Of a stretch of DNA of 64,000 bases, positions 49,823 to 59,581 are shown in pieces. The notes under the pieces are model-generated. The model was not told the origin of the DNA and ran no database searches. It worked only from the letters and a program-made list of their open reading frames with translations. Source of the DNA: Syntrophales bacterium (GTDB taxonomy: Bacteria; Desulfobacterota; Syntrophia; Syntrophales; UBA6807); assembly GCA_040767195.1 (NCBI GenBank), contig JAXGPA010000001.1, positions 736,001 to 800,000 of the forward strand, given 5' to 3'. Every line of letters starts with the position of its first letter. Position 1 is the stretch's first letter. The translations under genes were made by a program, and so were the position numbers.

Positions 49823-50384
49823 GTTTCTCCCTCCTTTCAAACCCTTTCCGTTATATTATTTTCTATGGCTGCCGTCCCCTTTTCCTCAACATCCCAGGAG
49901 ACGATGCCAATTCCTGGGCAACCGGGAAACATCCATGAACCGAAACGAACTGAACGGGTGGCTGTGGCGCCGTGTTCGCCGTAAAGGTGTGTCGCTTGCC
50001 GACCTGCGGGCAAAAGAGGGGAACCGCGTTCGAGAACCGAGGATCCTGTGAAATGTCTCATAGAGTAGAAGTACAGCAAGCCGCTGCGCGCCTAAAGAGT
50101 GTTAACCTGCCCCGAAGTATCGTTAGTATGGAACCGGTCTTTTGTCAAGAGAAAATCAGGGTGGCGCTGGTCCGGAAATGAACGGCCCTTCCTGGGTCCG
50201 GGCAATGGAAATACTCTTAAAAAAACCGTTTTTCTCAAACGGGCCTCTTACCTGCGGAAACGGATGAAGATGTTACCCGTTCAGTTTTTTTGTGTTACAA
50301 GAAACAGGGCTGCCGTATTTTTTGACTCCCGATCCAGGAAACGGGAACAGGCGCCTTGAAACATAAAAAAGGAAACGACAGGCC

Positions 50385-51047
50385 ATGTGCGGGCGCTTCA
50401 TCCTCATCAGCGACCTTTCCGAAATCACCTCCTTCCTGCCATTGGAGATGTCGGCGGAGATCCCGCGCCGCAGCTACAACATCGCCCCCGGAACGACCGT
50501 CACGTCCCTGCTTCGGGAAGAGGGGAACCGGCTGGTGCGGCTCCGGTGGGGGTATCTCCCGCCCTGGGTCCGGAACGGTGGGCCGGGTCGGGAATTGATC
50601 AATGCCCGCGGAGAAACGGTGGCCTCCAAGCCGGCCTTCCGGGAAGCCTTTCTGAAAAGACGCTGCCTGGTCTTCGCCAACGGTTATTACGAGTGGCGGC
50701 GCGAAGAAAGGCAGAAGATCCCATGGTTCGTTCACCTGGAGGGGAACCGCCTTTTCGCTTTTGCGGGAATCTATGACCGGGTCGAAGGGACGACCCTTCC
50801 CGGTGTCGCCCTCGTCACGACGGAACCGGCACCTGCCATCCACGACATTCACGACCGGATGCCCGTTATCCTCGCCGGCGAATCCGCCGGAAAATGGCTC
50901 GATCTCCCCGCCGCCGCGGAAAAAGATCTTCTTTCTCTTCTGAAACCCTATCCCGGCAAGGACCTTTCAGCACACGCCGTTTCGACCTTTGTCAACGCTC
51001 CCTCCCACGACTCGCCCCGGTGCATCGCCCCCGTGACGGGAACGTGA
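50385..51047 (+). CDS. SRAP / YedK-family abasic-site-processing protein
   Basis: N-terminal MCGRF, YNIAP, INARGET, GYYEW and IHDRMP. Confidence 0.93.
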   Translation: MCGRFILISDLSEITSFLPLEMSAEIPRRSYNIAPGTTVTSLLREEGNRLVRLRWGYLPPWVRNGGPGRELINARGETVASKPAFREAFLKRRCLVFANGYYEWRREERQKIPWFVHLEGNRLFAFAGIYDRVEGTTLPGVALVTTEPAPAIHDIHDRMPVILAGESAGKWLDLPAAAEKDLLSLLKPYPGKDLSAHAVSTFVNAPSHDSPRCIAPVTGT

Positions 51048-51147
51048 CTTTGCGACGGACCTGGAAGCGGCGCGACGAACCGTTTGACTTTTCCTCTCCA
51101 TTACACTAGATAACATGGGTTGGTCCCCGGGGCGATACCCCTGTTTG

Positions 51148-51308
51148 TGACGGCTTCTTTGAAAGTCCCTGTGCCACGCAGCCCTTCTTATCCCATCATT
51201 GAGGCATCCCTTTACGGGCGCCTTCGCCACAGGGATTCGGGCGCCTTGCCTGCGAGGCCTTCTACAAAGCCGCCGAAAAATGACCCTTTACAATTTTAGA
51301 GTTCATCA
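51148..51308. repeat. Inverted copy of the 27700..27874 palindromic element
   Basis: GATTCGGGCGCCTTGCCT (51234-51251) is the exact reverse complement of 27766-27783; tgacggcttc, tacaaagccg and gagttcatca also match. Confidence 0.8.
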
Positions 51309-51311
51309 GCC

Positions 51312-52286
51312 ATGGAAATTCAGGAGATCCTCCAATCCTACGAAAAGGATCTTAAAAAGGTCGAAGCCATCCTCGATGAAAACAAGCGTTCCTACGTCGA
51401 CCTCATCCCCGACATCAGCAGCTATATCATACAGAGCGGCGGCAAGAGGCTCCGGCCCCTTCTTGTCATGATCGCGTCGGACCTGTGCGGGTATGGCGGG
51501 GAAAGGCGATATTCCGTCGCCGCCGCTATCGAGTTCATCCACACGGCATCACTCCTTCACGACGACGTCATCGATCATGCCGACACGCGGCGGGGCAAGC
51601 GGTCGGCGAACCGGGTCTGGGGAAATTCGGCGAGCGTCCTCGTCGGGGACTATCTCTATTCGAAATCCTTCAAGATGATCATCGACGACGGAGATCCGCG
51701 AATTCAGGAGCTCCTCTCGACAGCCACCGTTCTCATGGTGGAAGGAGAAACGGCTCAACTCATCAGTTCCGGGGATATCGCCATCAGCGAGGACACTTAC
51801 CTGTCCATCATCGAGAAGAAAACGGCCATCCTCATTTCGGCAGCCTGCGCCGCCGGTGCCGTGCTCGCGGATCTCCCGGAGAATCGGTCGACGTCTCTCG
51901 GTACGTTCGGCCTCTGCCTGGGGAAAGCCTTCCAGGTGACCGATGATATTCTCGATTACATGGCCGAGGAGAAGGACTTCGGAAAAGCCATGGGCATGGA
52001 CCTGAAAGAAGGCAAGATCACCCTCCCCCTGATCCGGGCGCTGGCGGTGTGCGGCGGCGAAGAGCGGAACCGGGTCGGGAAACTGGTTCGGGCGAAGGAA
52101 CTGGCGGAAGCGGAAATACGGGAAGTGACATCCCTCATCGGGAAATACGGGGGCATCGAATACGCTCTTGAAAAGGCCCGAAAAACAATCTCGGACGGGA
52201 AAAGGCACCTGGACGGATTTCCCGACGGCCCGCCGAAAACGGCCCTCCTGACCCTGGCCGACTATATTCTGAAAAGGAAGATGTAA
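51312..52286 (+). CDS. ispB: Polyprenyl (octaprenyl-type) diphosphate synthase
   Basis: GGKRLRP, HTASLLHDDVID..RRG, KKTA and FQVTDDILD. Confidence 0.9.
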   Translation: MEIQEILQSYEKDLKKVEAILDENKRSYVDLIPDISSYIIQSGGKRLRPLLVMIASDLCGYGGERRYSVAAAIEFIHTASLLHDDVIDHADTRRGKRSANRVWGNSASVLVGDYLYSKSFKMIIDDGDPRIQELLSTATVLMVEGETAQLISSGDIAISEDTYLSIIEKKTAILISAACAAGAVLADLPENRSTSLGTFGLCLGKAFQVTDDILDYMAEEKDFGKAMGMDLKEGKITLPLIRALAVCGGEERNRVGKLVRAKELAEAEIREVTSLIGKYGGIEYALEKARKTISDGKRHLDGFPDGPPKTALLTLADYILKRKM

Positions 52287-52410
52287 CGCCGGCGAATCCC
52301 CAGGGATTCCATTCCCCCTGAATTCCTTCTTTCACCCCGGAAAACTTCGCGAAACCGGAGCGAGGGCCTTGGCATGCTTGGGACCGCCGGACATTCGGCC
52401 GGGTGCGTCT

Positions 52411-53985
52411 TCACACCGCGTCCAGGGTCAACCCGAGAAAGGGGGCCGGGAATCCCTGCTGTTTACGAATCGTTTTCAGGGCCCGGGGGAGGAAGCGAAG
52501 CAGGTCCCCCGCCAGAAGACCGTCTTCTCCCATAGATCGCGCCGCCAGGTCCCCCGCCAACCCGTGGACGAGAACCCCCATCCGGACGGCGCCGTCAAGG
52601 TCGAGACCAAGGCCCGCCATGGCGGCGATACATCCTGTCAGGACGTCCCCCGCCCCGGCGGTAGCCATCCCCGAATTTCCGGTGAGATTGATCCAGGTCC
52701 GCCCGTCGGGTTCCGAAACGAGGGTGTGAGCCCCCTTCAGGACGATGAAGCTCCGGAGGGTCCGGCTCGTTTCCCGGAGGATCTCCAGGCGGTCCCGCTC
52801 CAGTTCGCTGACCGGCCGCCCTGTCAGCCGCGCCATCTCCCCCATGTGGGGCGTGAGGATGGTGGGGGCTTTTCGTTTTTGCAGGATGTGGGGGCTGGCC
52901 GACAGGGCCGTGAGACCGTCCCCGTCGATGAGAAGGGGCCGGTCCAGTTTTGCCGCCAGGTCCCGGGCAAGCTGGGCCGTCTCCTCGTTCAGGGACAGGC
53001 CGGGGCCGAGGACGACGAAATCCGTACGGCCGGCCGTTTCGAGAATCGAATTCAGGCTGTCCGGGGAAAGGGACCCCGATTCCGTTTCCCCCTGGGGGTG
53101 AAAGACGATCTCGCTTCCTTTCCCGGCGATGACGGGAATGACCGAACGGGGGGCGGCGAGCCGGGCATAGCCGCCGCCGGCCCGGAGAAAGGCCTTGGCG
53201 GACAGAAGGGGGGCCCCGTAATAACCGGAGGCTCCTGCAACGAAAAGGGCCTCGCCGAAATCCCCCTTGTGGCCCGCGTCCTTCCTCGGGGGCAGGGGCA
53301 CCGGGCCGTTCACCGCCACGGGAATCCTCTCGTCCCCGTAGAGAGGCGGCGGGAAGGATATGTGGGATACAAATAACTTGCCGCAGGACGCCGCGCCCGG
53401 GTAGAGCAGGTTCCCCCTCTTGGGAAGCCCGAAGGTCACCGTCTGACGGGCCCGCACGGCCGCCCCCAGGATCTCTCCCGTGTCCCCGCTCACCCCGGAG
53501 GGAATGTCGACGCTCGTGACGGGCTTTCCCGACCGGTTCACGGCCTCGATGATTTCCCGGTGAAGCCCCGTCACCTCCCGGGTGAGCCCCGTCCCGAAGA
53601 GGGCGTCGACGATCCGATCACAGGAAGCGAGCGACGACGGCAACCTTTTCGTCGATACCTGATTCTCCAGACGGAGAGGCAGGCGCTGCAGCATCCCGTA
53701 ATTCACCGCGGCCGCCCCCGTGAGTTTTTCCGGGTTTCCCGGAAAGATCACGGTGACGTCGGCACCCCGGGACAACAGGAGCCTGGCGACAGCGAAGCCG
53801 TCCCCGCCGTTATTCCCCGTCCCGCACACGATGACGACCCGTTCCCCCGCAAGGGGAGCGGTTTTTTCCATCACGGAAACGACCGCCAGGGCCGCGTTTT
53901 CCATGAGCAGGAGCTCCGGTATGCCGAAACGTTCCGTCGCTTCCCGGTCCAGCCTCCGCATTTCCTCTACCGTGGCAACCTTCAT
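52411..53985 (-). CDS. nnr: Bifunctional NAD(P)HX epimerase/dehydratase
   Basis: LLMENAA, GNNGGDG, DALFGTG, DIPSG, HKGDFG, TPH and GAGDVLTG. Confidence 0.93.
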   Translation of the reverse strand: MKVATVEEMRRLDREATERFGIPELLLMENAALAVVSVMEKTAPLAGERVVIVCGTGNNGGDGFAVARLLLSRGADVTVIFPGNPEKLTGAAAVNYGMLQRLPLRLENQVSTKRLPSSLASCDRIVDALFGTGLTREVTGLHREIIEAVNRSGKPVTSVDIPSGVSGDTGEILGAAVRARQTVTFGLPKRGNLLYPGAASCGKLFVSHISFPPPLYGDERIPVAVNGPVPLPPRKDAGHKGDFGEALFVAGASGYYGAPLLSAKAFLRAGGGYARLAAPRSVIPVIAGKGSEIVFHPQGETESGSLSPDSLNSILETAGRTDFVVLGPGLSLNEETAQLARDLAAKLDRPLLIDGDGLTALSASPHILQKRKAPTILTPHMGEMARLTGRPVSELERDRLEILRETSRTLRSFIVLKGAHTLVSEPDGRTWINLTGNSGMATAGAGDVLTGCIAAMAGLGLDLDGAVRMGVLVHGLAGDLAARSMGEDGLLAGDLLRFLPRALKTIRKQQGFPAPFLGLTLDAV

Positions 53986-53996
53986 GACGCCCCCCG

Positions 53997-55067
53997 TCAG
54001 GCATCCCGCGCCGTTTCCGGCACCGCGGAAGCGACCGTTTCCCCGAAGGGCCCGGCAGACTGATCGTCGAGCCTGGAAAAGGCCAGCTCCACCAGGCTTT
54101 CGCCGTCAATCACGGACCGGTCCTCGATGGATGCGACTCCGATCCGCAGAAGAAAAGGGAGCGACCCATCGTCCGCCGCCGGAAGGCGGCACAAAATTAC
54201 CTCCGCCGCGCGGCGGGCCGTTTCCCGGGCCGCCATCTCCTCCCGGTAGGGGAGGCAGAGGACATAACCGTTCTCCCGACATCGGAAGAGGCTGTCCTCC
54301 CGCCCCATGGAAGCGCCGATTGCCCCGGCCATCAGGACGGCGAAGGCGTCGGCCTTTTCCGGGCCCTGACGTTCTTTCACGTCATCATAGTTTTCATGAC
54401 AGAAGGCGACCACGGAAAGGGGAAAACCCCGGGTCCGGGAGGAGGCGACCTGCCTGTCCAGGAATACCTTCAATTCCGAACCATTCGAAAGCCCTGTCAG
54501 ATCGTCCCGGGTAACCCGTTTCCGGAGATTTTCCTGGGTGAGGACGTTGGACAGGGATATGGAAATGATGAGGGACAACTGGGAAAGGAAAAACGTGTCC
54601 ATGTCCGGCTGAAAGCGGGAGTCCGAGTAGTCCCCCAGATTGAGGCCACCGATGATTTTCTCGCGAAAGAAGAGAGGGCACACGGCCATGGATTTGACCA
54701 TGCATTTCTGGTGATGGGGAAGAAGCCGGTAGTAGGCCTTCAGGTTCTCGTTCACCAGTATCGGCAGCCCTTTTTCGTCCATGAGGGCCGAAAAATCACT
54801 CCGGGGGAGGACATTGAGACGTTCCTTGAGGAGCGGGGAGGCTTCCAGTGACTCCCACGGGAACCGGTCCGTTTCCTCCTCGATGACGGAAATCCAGACA
54901 TGGGGGATGGAAAATTTTTCTTCCACAGCGGTGAGAAGACGCTCGAAAAGGTCCCGAAAGGTGGACACGGTGAGGATTTCCATTTCCATCTCAAAGAATT
55001 TCCTCAAGATTTCCTCATTTGTCCGCACATGATGAAAGATTTCCTCCAAACGAAACAGGGTGGCCAT
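53997..55067 (-). CDS. DUF484/GAF-like domain plus degenerate GGDEF domain
   Basis: NEEIL..F, LNLG..SRFQPDMDTFFL, then DDLTGLSN; the GGDEF site reads RENGY. Confidence 0.75.
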   Translation of the reverse strand: MATLFRLEEIFHHVRTNEEILRKFFEMEMEILTVSTFRDLFERLLTAVEEKFSIPHVWISVIEEETDRFPWESLEASPLLKERLNVLPRSDFSALMDEKGLPILVNENLKAYYRLLPHHQKCMVKSMAVCPLFFREKIIGGLNLGDYSDSRFQPDMDTFFLSQLSLIISISLSNVLTQENLRKRVTRDDLTGLSNGSELKVFLDRQVASSRTRGFPLSVVAFCHENYDDVKERQGPEKADAFAVLMAGAIGASMGREDSLFRCRENGYVLCLPYREEMAARETARRAAEVILCRLPAADDGSLPFLLRIGVASIEDRSVIDGESLVELAFSRLDDQSAGPFGETVASAVPETARDA

Positions 55068-55105
55068 CCCTACATCCCCTCCTTGGTCTTGTTTCGAAAA
55101 TGCCC

Positions 55106-57418
55106 TCAAGATCCCATCGTCCAGAGCGTCCCCTCCGGCGTGTCCTGGACATGGACTCCCAGGCCCTCCAGGGCTTCACGAATCCGGTCCGACTCGGACC
55201 ATCGTCCCGCCGCCCGGGCCTCTTCCCTTTTTTTGAGAAGCTTTTCCGCCTCTTCGGGGAGACGTTTCGGCTCGAAATCCATGACGGCGATGACCGAATC
55301 GACGGTTCTCAATTCCTTGAACACGGCGTCCCGCTCCCGGTCGTTCAGGAGGTCTTTCGACAGGGGGCCGTTCACCTTCCGGACAAATTCAAACAGGGCG
55401 GCCAGGGCGCTCGATATGTTGAAGTCGTCGTCCATGGCGTCCTCAAAACCGTGGTGAAGATCGTAGACGTACTGGTCCACATCGGGACACCCCGCTCCCG
55501 CTCGTGCCCGGAGCAGTCTCTGGAGAAAACCGTTCAGCCGCCGGACGGTGTTCCGGGCCGTGTCGAGGGCCCCGAAGGAAAAATTCAGGGGCTTCCGGTA
55601 GTGAGACCCGAGAAGGAAATAACGGATGTCCCGACCCTCGTAACCTTTTGCTTCCAGTTCCTCGAGGGTGCAGGCGTTTTCGAGAGACCGCGACATTTTC
55701 TTCCCGTCCAGCATGACCAGTTCCGTGTTGATCCAGTAGTTGGCCAGGGGGCCCCCGGTGGCCGCCTTTCCGATGGCCAGGACGTTCTCACAGTGCGGGA
55801 AAAGGATGTCCGTTCCGCTGGCATGAATGTCGAAGCGTTCCCCCAGGTGTTCCAGGGCCATGGCGGCGCATTCGAGATGCCACCCTGGGCGGACGTTCCC
55901 CCAGCGGGTCTTGTGGTAGATGCCCCTTTTAAGCTCCGCCAGGTTGGACCTTTTAAGAAGGGTGAAATCCACGGGACTGTCCTTCTCGTAGTCATCGCCC
56001 TCCACGGTCGACTTCCGGAGCATGTTCTTCAGATCGATGTTGGAGAGGACCCCGTAATCGTCGAGCTTGGAGATGTCGAAATAGACGGACCGTAGTTTTT
56101 CGTAGGCAAATCCCTTCTCCACCAGTTTTTCCGCCAGGCGGACCATGGCGTCCACATGCTCGCTCGCCCGGGGATATTTCGTTTCGGTCCGCATGTTGAG
56201 ATTCTCCAGGTCTTCCCGGAATCTTCCCACGTAGCGTTCCGTCAATTCCTTCAGATCGGCGTTTTCCCGGTCCGCCCGCCGGATGGACCGGTCCGCCAGG
56301 TCGATGATATTGGAGGCCACGGAGACATGGAAGCCCTTGAGTTCGAGGTAACGGGCCACCAGGTCCGCCACGACGAACCGCCGGTATGTGCCCAGGTGGG
56401 GGGTGTCATGAACGGTCGGGCCGCAGGCGTGGATGAGCACCCGGTCGGGGCGGAGGGGCCGGAAGAAATCCTTTTTCCGGGTCAGGGTGTTGAATATTTT
56501 CAAAGTGGTCTCTCCCTGGTCGGCGAACAGCTCCGTACTCAGATAGCGCTCCCCCGAGTCGGGAAAAATGACGACGATGAGACCATCCTCCATTTCCCTG
56601 GCCTTTTCCAGGGCCACATGCATGGCGGCGCCGGAACTCATACCCGCCAGGATTCCCTCCTCCCGGGCAAGCCGCCGGGCCATGGCGAAGGCGTCCTCGT
56701 CGTGGATGTTCACGATCTCATCAAGCCGCGACCGGTCAAAGATGCCCGGCTGGTAGGACTCCTTCATGTTCTTGAGACCCTGGATCCTGTGACGGAGATA
56801 GGGCTCCACGCCCACGACCCGGATGTCCTTCCCGTACTCTTTCAGCCGGCGGGCGCATCCCATGGCCGTTCCCGATGTTCCCAGGGTGGCGACCACCATG
56901 GTCACCCGCCCTTCCGTCTGACGCCAGATTTCTTCCGCTGTCCCGTGGTAGTGGGCGTTTATGTTATCCTCGTTGTTGAACTGATCGGGAATGAAATAGG
57001 TTCCCGGATGCTCCCGGTACAGCGTGTAGGCGTACTCGATGGCCCCGTCCGTCCCGAGGGCCGCCGGGGTGAAGTGAAGTTCCGCCCCCATGGCCTTCAG
57101 GATTTTTTTCCGCTCCTCGCTCACCCCTTCCGACATGGCGAGAATCAGCCTGTACCCCTTAACCGCCGACACGAGAGCGAGGCCGATGCCCGTGTTTCCG
57201 CTCGTGGCCTCGAGAATCGTTCTGTCCTTCGTCAGCTCCCCCCGTTTTTCCGCCGCTTCGATCATGAAGAGGGCCGTCCGGTCCTTGATGGACCCGCCGG
57301 GGTTGTGACATTCAAGCTTGGCGAAAATCCTGACATTACCGCCCGGGTTGAGGCGCCTGATTTCCACAAGGGGGGTATTCCCCACCATATCGAGAATGTT
57401 TTCGTAAACGCCTTTCAT
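55106..57418 (-). CDS. Cysteine synthase (CysK/M) fused to a cysteinyl-tRNA synthetase-like domain
   Basis: NPGGSIKDR, ATSGNTG and FPDSGERYLS, then FNTLTR, CGPTV, PGWHLEC, KMSRS and DDDFN. Confidence 0.9.
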   Translation of the reverse strand: MKGVYENILDMVGNTPLVEIRRLNPGGNVRIFAKLECHNPGGSIKDRTALFMIEAAEKRGELTKDRTILEATSGNTGIGLALVSAVKGYRLILAMSEGVSEERKKILKAMGAELHFTPAALGTDGAIEYAYTLYREHPGTYFIPDQFNNEDNINAHYHGTAEEIWRQTEGRVTMVVATLGTSGTAMGCARRLKEYGKDIRVVGVEPYLRHRIQGLKNMKESYQPGIFDRSRLDEIVNIHDEDAFAMARRLAREEGILAGMSSGAAMHVALEKAREMEDGLIVVIFPDSGERYLSTELFADQGETTLKIFNTLTRKKDFFRPLRPDRVLIHACGPTVHDTPHLGTYRRFVVADLVARYLELKGFHVSVASNIIDLADRSIRRADRENADLKELTERYVGRFREDLENLNMRTETKYPRASEHVDAMVRLAEKLVEKGFAYEKLRSVYFDISKLDDYGVLSNIDLKNMLRKSTVEGDDYEKDSPVDFTLLKRSNLAELKRGIYHKTRWGNVRPGWHLECAAMALEHLGERFDIHASGTDILFPHCENVLAIGKAATGGPLANYWINTELVMLDGKKMSRSLENACTLEELEAKGYEGRDIRYFLLGSHYRKPLNFSFGALDTARNTVRRLNGFLQRLLRARAGAGCPDVDQYVYDLHHGFEDAMDDDFNISSALAALFEFVRKVNGPLSKDLLNDRERDAVFKELRTVDSVIAVMDFEPKRLPEEAEKLLKKREEARAAGRWSESDRIREALEGLGVHVQDTPEGTLWTMGS

Positions 57419-57476
57419 CCACCCTCACCGACAAAAAGGGGGCCTTTCCGGAATCCCCCTCGATTTTTTCATCCGC

Positions 57477-57896
57477 TCAGCTGTCTAACTTGAGGACCGG
57501 CACCTTGATAAACTGGACACCCTCCTCCTTCAAGGTTTCCTCTTCCTCTTTCGACGTGGTGCCTCGAATATTGCGGCGGTCTTCCTCGCCCCTGTGAATT
57601 TTAAGGGCCACCTGGGCGAAGCGGTCTCCCACATCGTCAAAATTGTTCTCCAAAAATTCGTGGAGCTTCTTCAAGGCCAGACGGGGGCTCATTTCATCTG
57701 GAGGCGCCTTTTTCTCCCCTTCGGAACGGGAGCGGCTGATGACGGAAACGGAGGACGGAAGGCGCTCGATCTCGGACCCGCCGCAGACGGGACAGGTGAT
57801 GAGACGCGCCCGCAACTGGGCCTCGAAAGCGGCGCTGTCCTGGAACCACGCTTCAAAGCGATGCTGTTTACGGCACTGAAGATCATATATGATCAC
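57477..57896 (-). CDS. DUF1178-family protein
   Basis: IYDLQC..HRFEAWF, CPVCG, DVGDRFA and NIRG. Confidence 0.88.
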   Translation of the reverse strand: MIIYDLQCRKQHRFEAWFQDSAAFEAQLRARLITCPVCGGSEIERLPSSVSVISRSRSEGEKKAPPDEMSPRLALKKLHEFLENNFDDVGDRFAQVALKIHRGEEDRRNIRGTTSKEEEETLKEEGVQFIKVPVLKLDS

Positions 57897-58105
57897 GGAA
57901 CCACACTCTCCCCATGATCCTGAAAGGTCATCTTAACATAGTAATAATTTTACCATGCTCTGGAACGGATCACAACGGCTACTTCCGTGCCGGGCACAAG
58001 GGCACGGGGCCGTTCCCGAAAAAGCTCCCGCGGCCCTGCGGCGGAGCGGTCACTCCAAAAAAACGGTGGACATTTATCCAATAATTATATAATGAAGAAC
58101 GGAGT

Positions 58106-58182
58106 CGGGATGTGGCCCAGTCTGGTAGGGCACTGCGTTCGGGACGCAGGGGTCGCGCGTTCGAATCGCGCCATCCCGACCA
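58106..58182 (+). tRNA. tRNA-Pro (anticodon CGG)
   Basis: CGGGATG acceptor stem, anticodon arm CTGCG-TTCGGGA-CGCAG, TTCGAAT T-loop and encoded CCA; 77 nt. Confidence 0.97.
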
Positions 58183-58188
58183 TTTTAA

Positions 58189-59400
58189 TTAACCGCCCAT
58201 AACCCCGGCCATGCGGAAAACGGGAAGATAAAGGGCCACGATCATCCCTCCCACAAGCCCCCCGAGAACAACCATCATCACCGGCTCGAGCAGCGAAGTC
58301 ATGGCGTCGGCGGCGGCGTCCACCTCCTGGTCGTAAAAATCGGCGATCTTGTCCAGCATGGCGTCGAGGGTTCCCGTGCTTTCGCCCACACCGATCATCT
58401 GAACGACCATGGAGGGAAAGACTTTCGATGAGGCGAGGGTTTCGGCAATGGGCTTGCCCTCGGTGACCCTCTTCCGTGTTTCCACGAGAACATTCTCCAC
58501 GGCCTTGTTGCCGGAAACCCTCCCGACGATCTCGAGGCCCTCCAGGATGGGAACGCCGCTGGAAACGAGGGTGGACAGGGTCCTGGAAAACCGGGCCACC
58601 GCCACTTTTCTGAAAAGTGTCCCAAAAACGGGAAGTTTGAGAAGGATCCTGTCAACGCCAAGCCGTCCCCGTTCCGTTTTGTAAAAGCGCCCGAAACCCA
58701 GGACGGAAAGAACGAGGAACAGGACGCCGTAAAGAAAGTTGCCCTGGACGAATTCGCTGGCTTCCATGAGAAGCCGGGTCGGGGCGGGCAGGGCGGAACC
58801 CATCTGGCGAAAAAGGTCGTCGAAGACGGGCACGACCCTCCACAGGAGAAGCGCGATCACCGCCGAGGATATGAGAAGGACGGAAGCGGGGTAGACCAGG
58901 GCGCCCCTCAATTTCCTCTTCAACTGGACGGTTTTCTCCAGGTGGCCCGCGAGGCGGTTCAGGATCACGTCGAGGACACCGCCCGCTTCGCCGGCAGCGG
59001 CGAGATTCACGAAAAGTTCATCGAACACGGCGGGATGCCTGCTCAGGCTTTCCGTCAGGGACTGTCCCTGGCCGATGTCCGTCCTGACCGACAAGATGAC
59101 CCGGGCGAAGACGCGGTTCCTTTCCTCCGAGGACAGGAGATCCAGGCACTCCATGATGGGCAGCCCCGCGTTGATCATGGTGGCGAACTGACGGGCGAAG
59201 ACCGCTACCTCCTTTTCCCGGACCCTGCCCGGGGAAAAGGGAAGACAGGCCTTCAGGTCTTTTCGTTTCTTTTCGACCTTGACGCCGGTGAGCCCCTGCC
59301 CCCGGAGAAAAACCCTGAGAGACGCTTCGCTCGCGGAAGCCATCTCCCCCCGCCGGATCTCCCCCTCCCGGGTCTTTCCCACCCACAGATACGCCGCCAT
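58189..59400 (-). CDS. pilC: Type IV pilus platform protein PilC (T2SS F family)
   Basis: RQFATMINAGLP, AGEAGGVLD, ALVYP, GESTGTLD and EP..LYLP. Confidence 0.92.
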   Translation of the reverse strand: MAAYLWVGKTREGEIRRGEMASASEASLRVFLRGQGLTGVKVEKKRKDLKACLPFSPGRVREKEVAVFARQFATMINAGLPIMECLDLLSSEERNRVFARVILSVRTDIGQGQSLTESLSRHPAVFDELFVNLAAAGEAGGVLDVILNRLAGHLEKTVQLKRKLRGALVYPASVLLISSAVIALLLWRVVPVFDDLFRQMGSALPAPTRLLMEASEFVQGNFLYGVLFLVLSVLGFGRFYKTERGRLGVDRILLKLPVFGTLFRKVAVARFSRTLSTLVSSGVPILEGLEIVGRVSGNKAVENVLVETRKRVTEGKPIAETLASSKVFPSMVVQMIGVGESTGTLDAMLDKIADFYDQEVDAAADAMTSLLEPVMMVVLGGLVGGMIVALYLPVFRMAGVMGG

Positions 59401-59581
59401 AGGACCGCTCCCGTGTCTTCCAGCGCGGTGGCTTCGCCAGAAGTCCCCGTTCCGGATTTTCTATGTTCTTTTAACTGCCCTTTTGACCGTGACGGGATTT
59501 CGTCTTCCCGGCGGCGGCAAAAAAGGAGTCCGAAGGCTGTCACGACACCGGGGGCGGGAACGGTCCCGGACGGTAGGGGCC

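Noticed and set aside
48080..49984. 634-aa plus-strand ORF and similar long antisense ORFs (e.g. 9522..11183, 7323..8723, 36518..37849, 56156..57493)
   Set aside because: Shadow frames opposite well-supported genes in GC-rich DNA, with no recognisable motifs.
49840..50150. Cobalamin riboswitch or 6S RNA upstream of the mutase
   Set aside because: It is a long leader with some hairpins, but I could not find a B12 box or a 6S-like rod; an Rfam scan would be needed.
50260..50345. TGTTAC direct repeats upstream of the SRAP gene as an SOS box
   Set aside because: They do not match a LexA box I can name, and are too short to call.
58106..58200. tRNA-Pro as an integration site for an island
   Set aside because: No integrase nearby and no duplicated tRNA 3' end noticed; flanked by ordinary genes.
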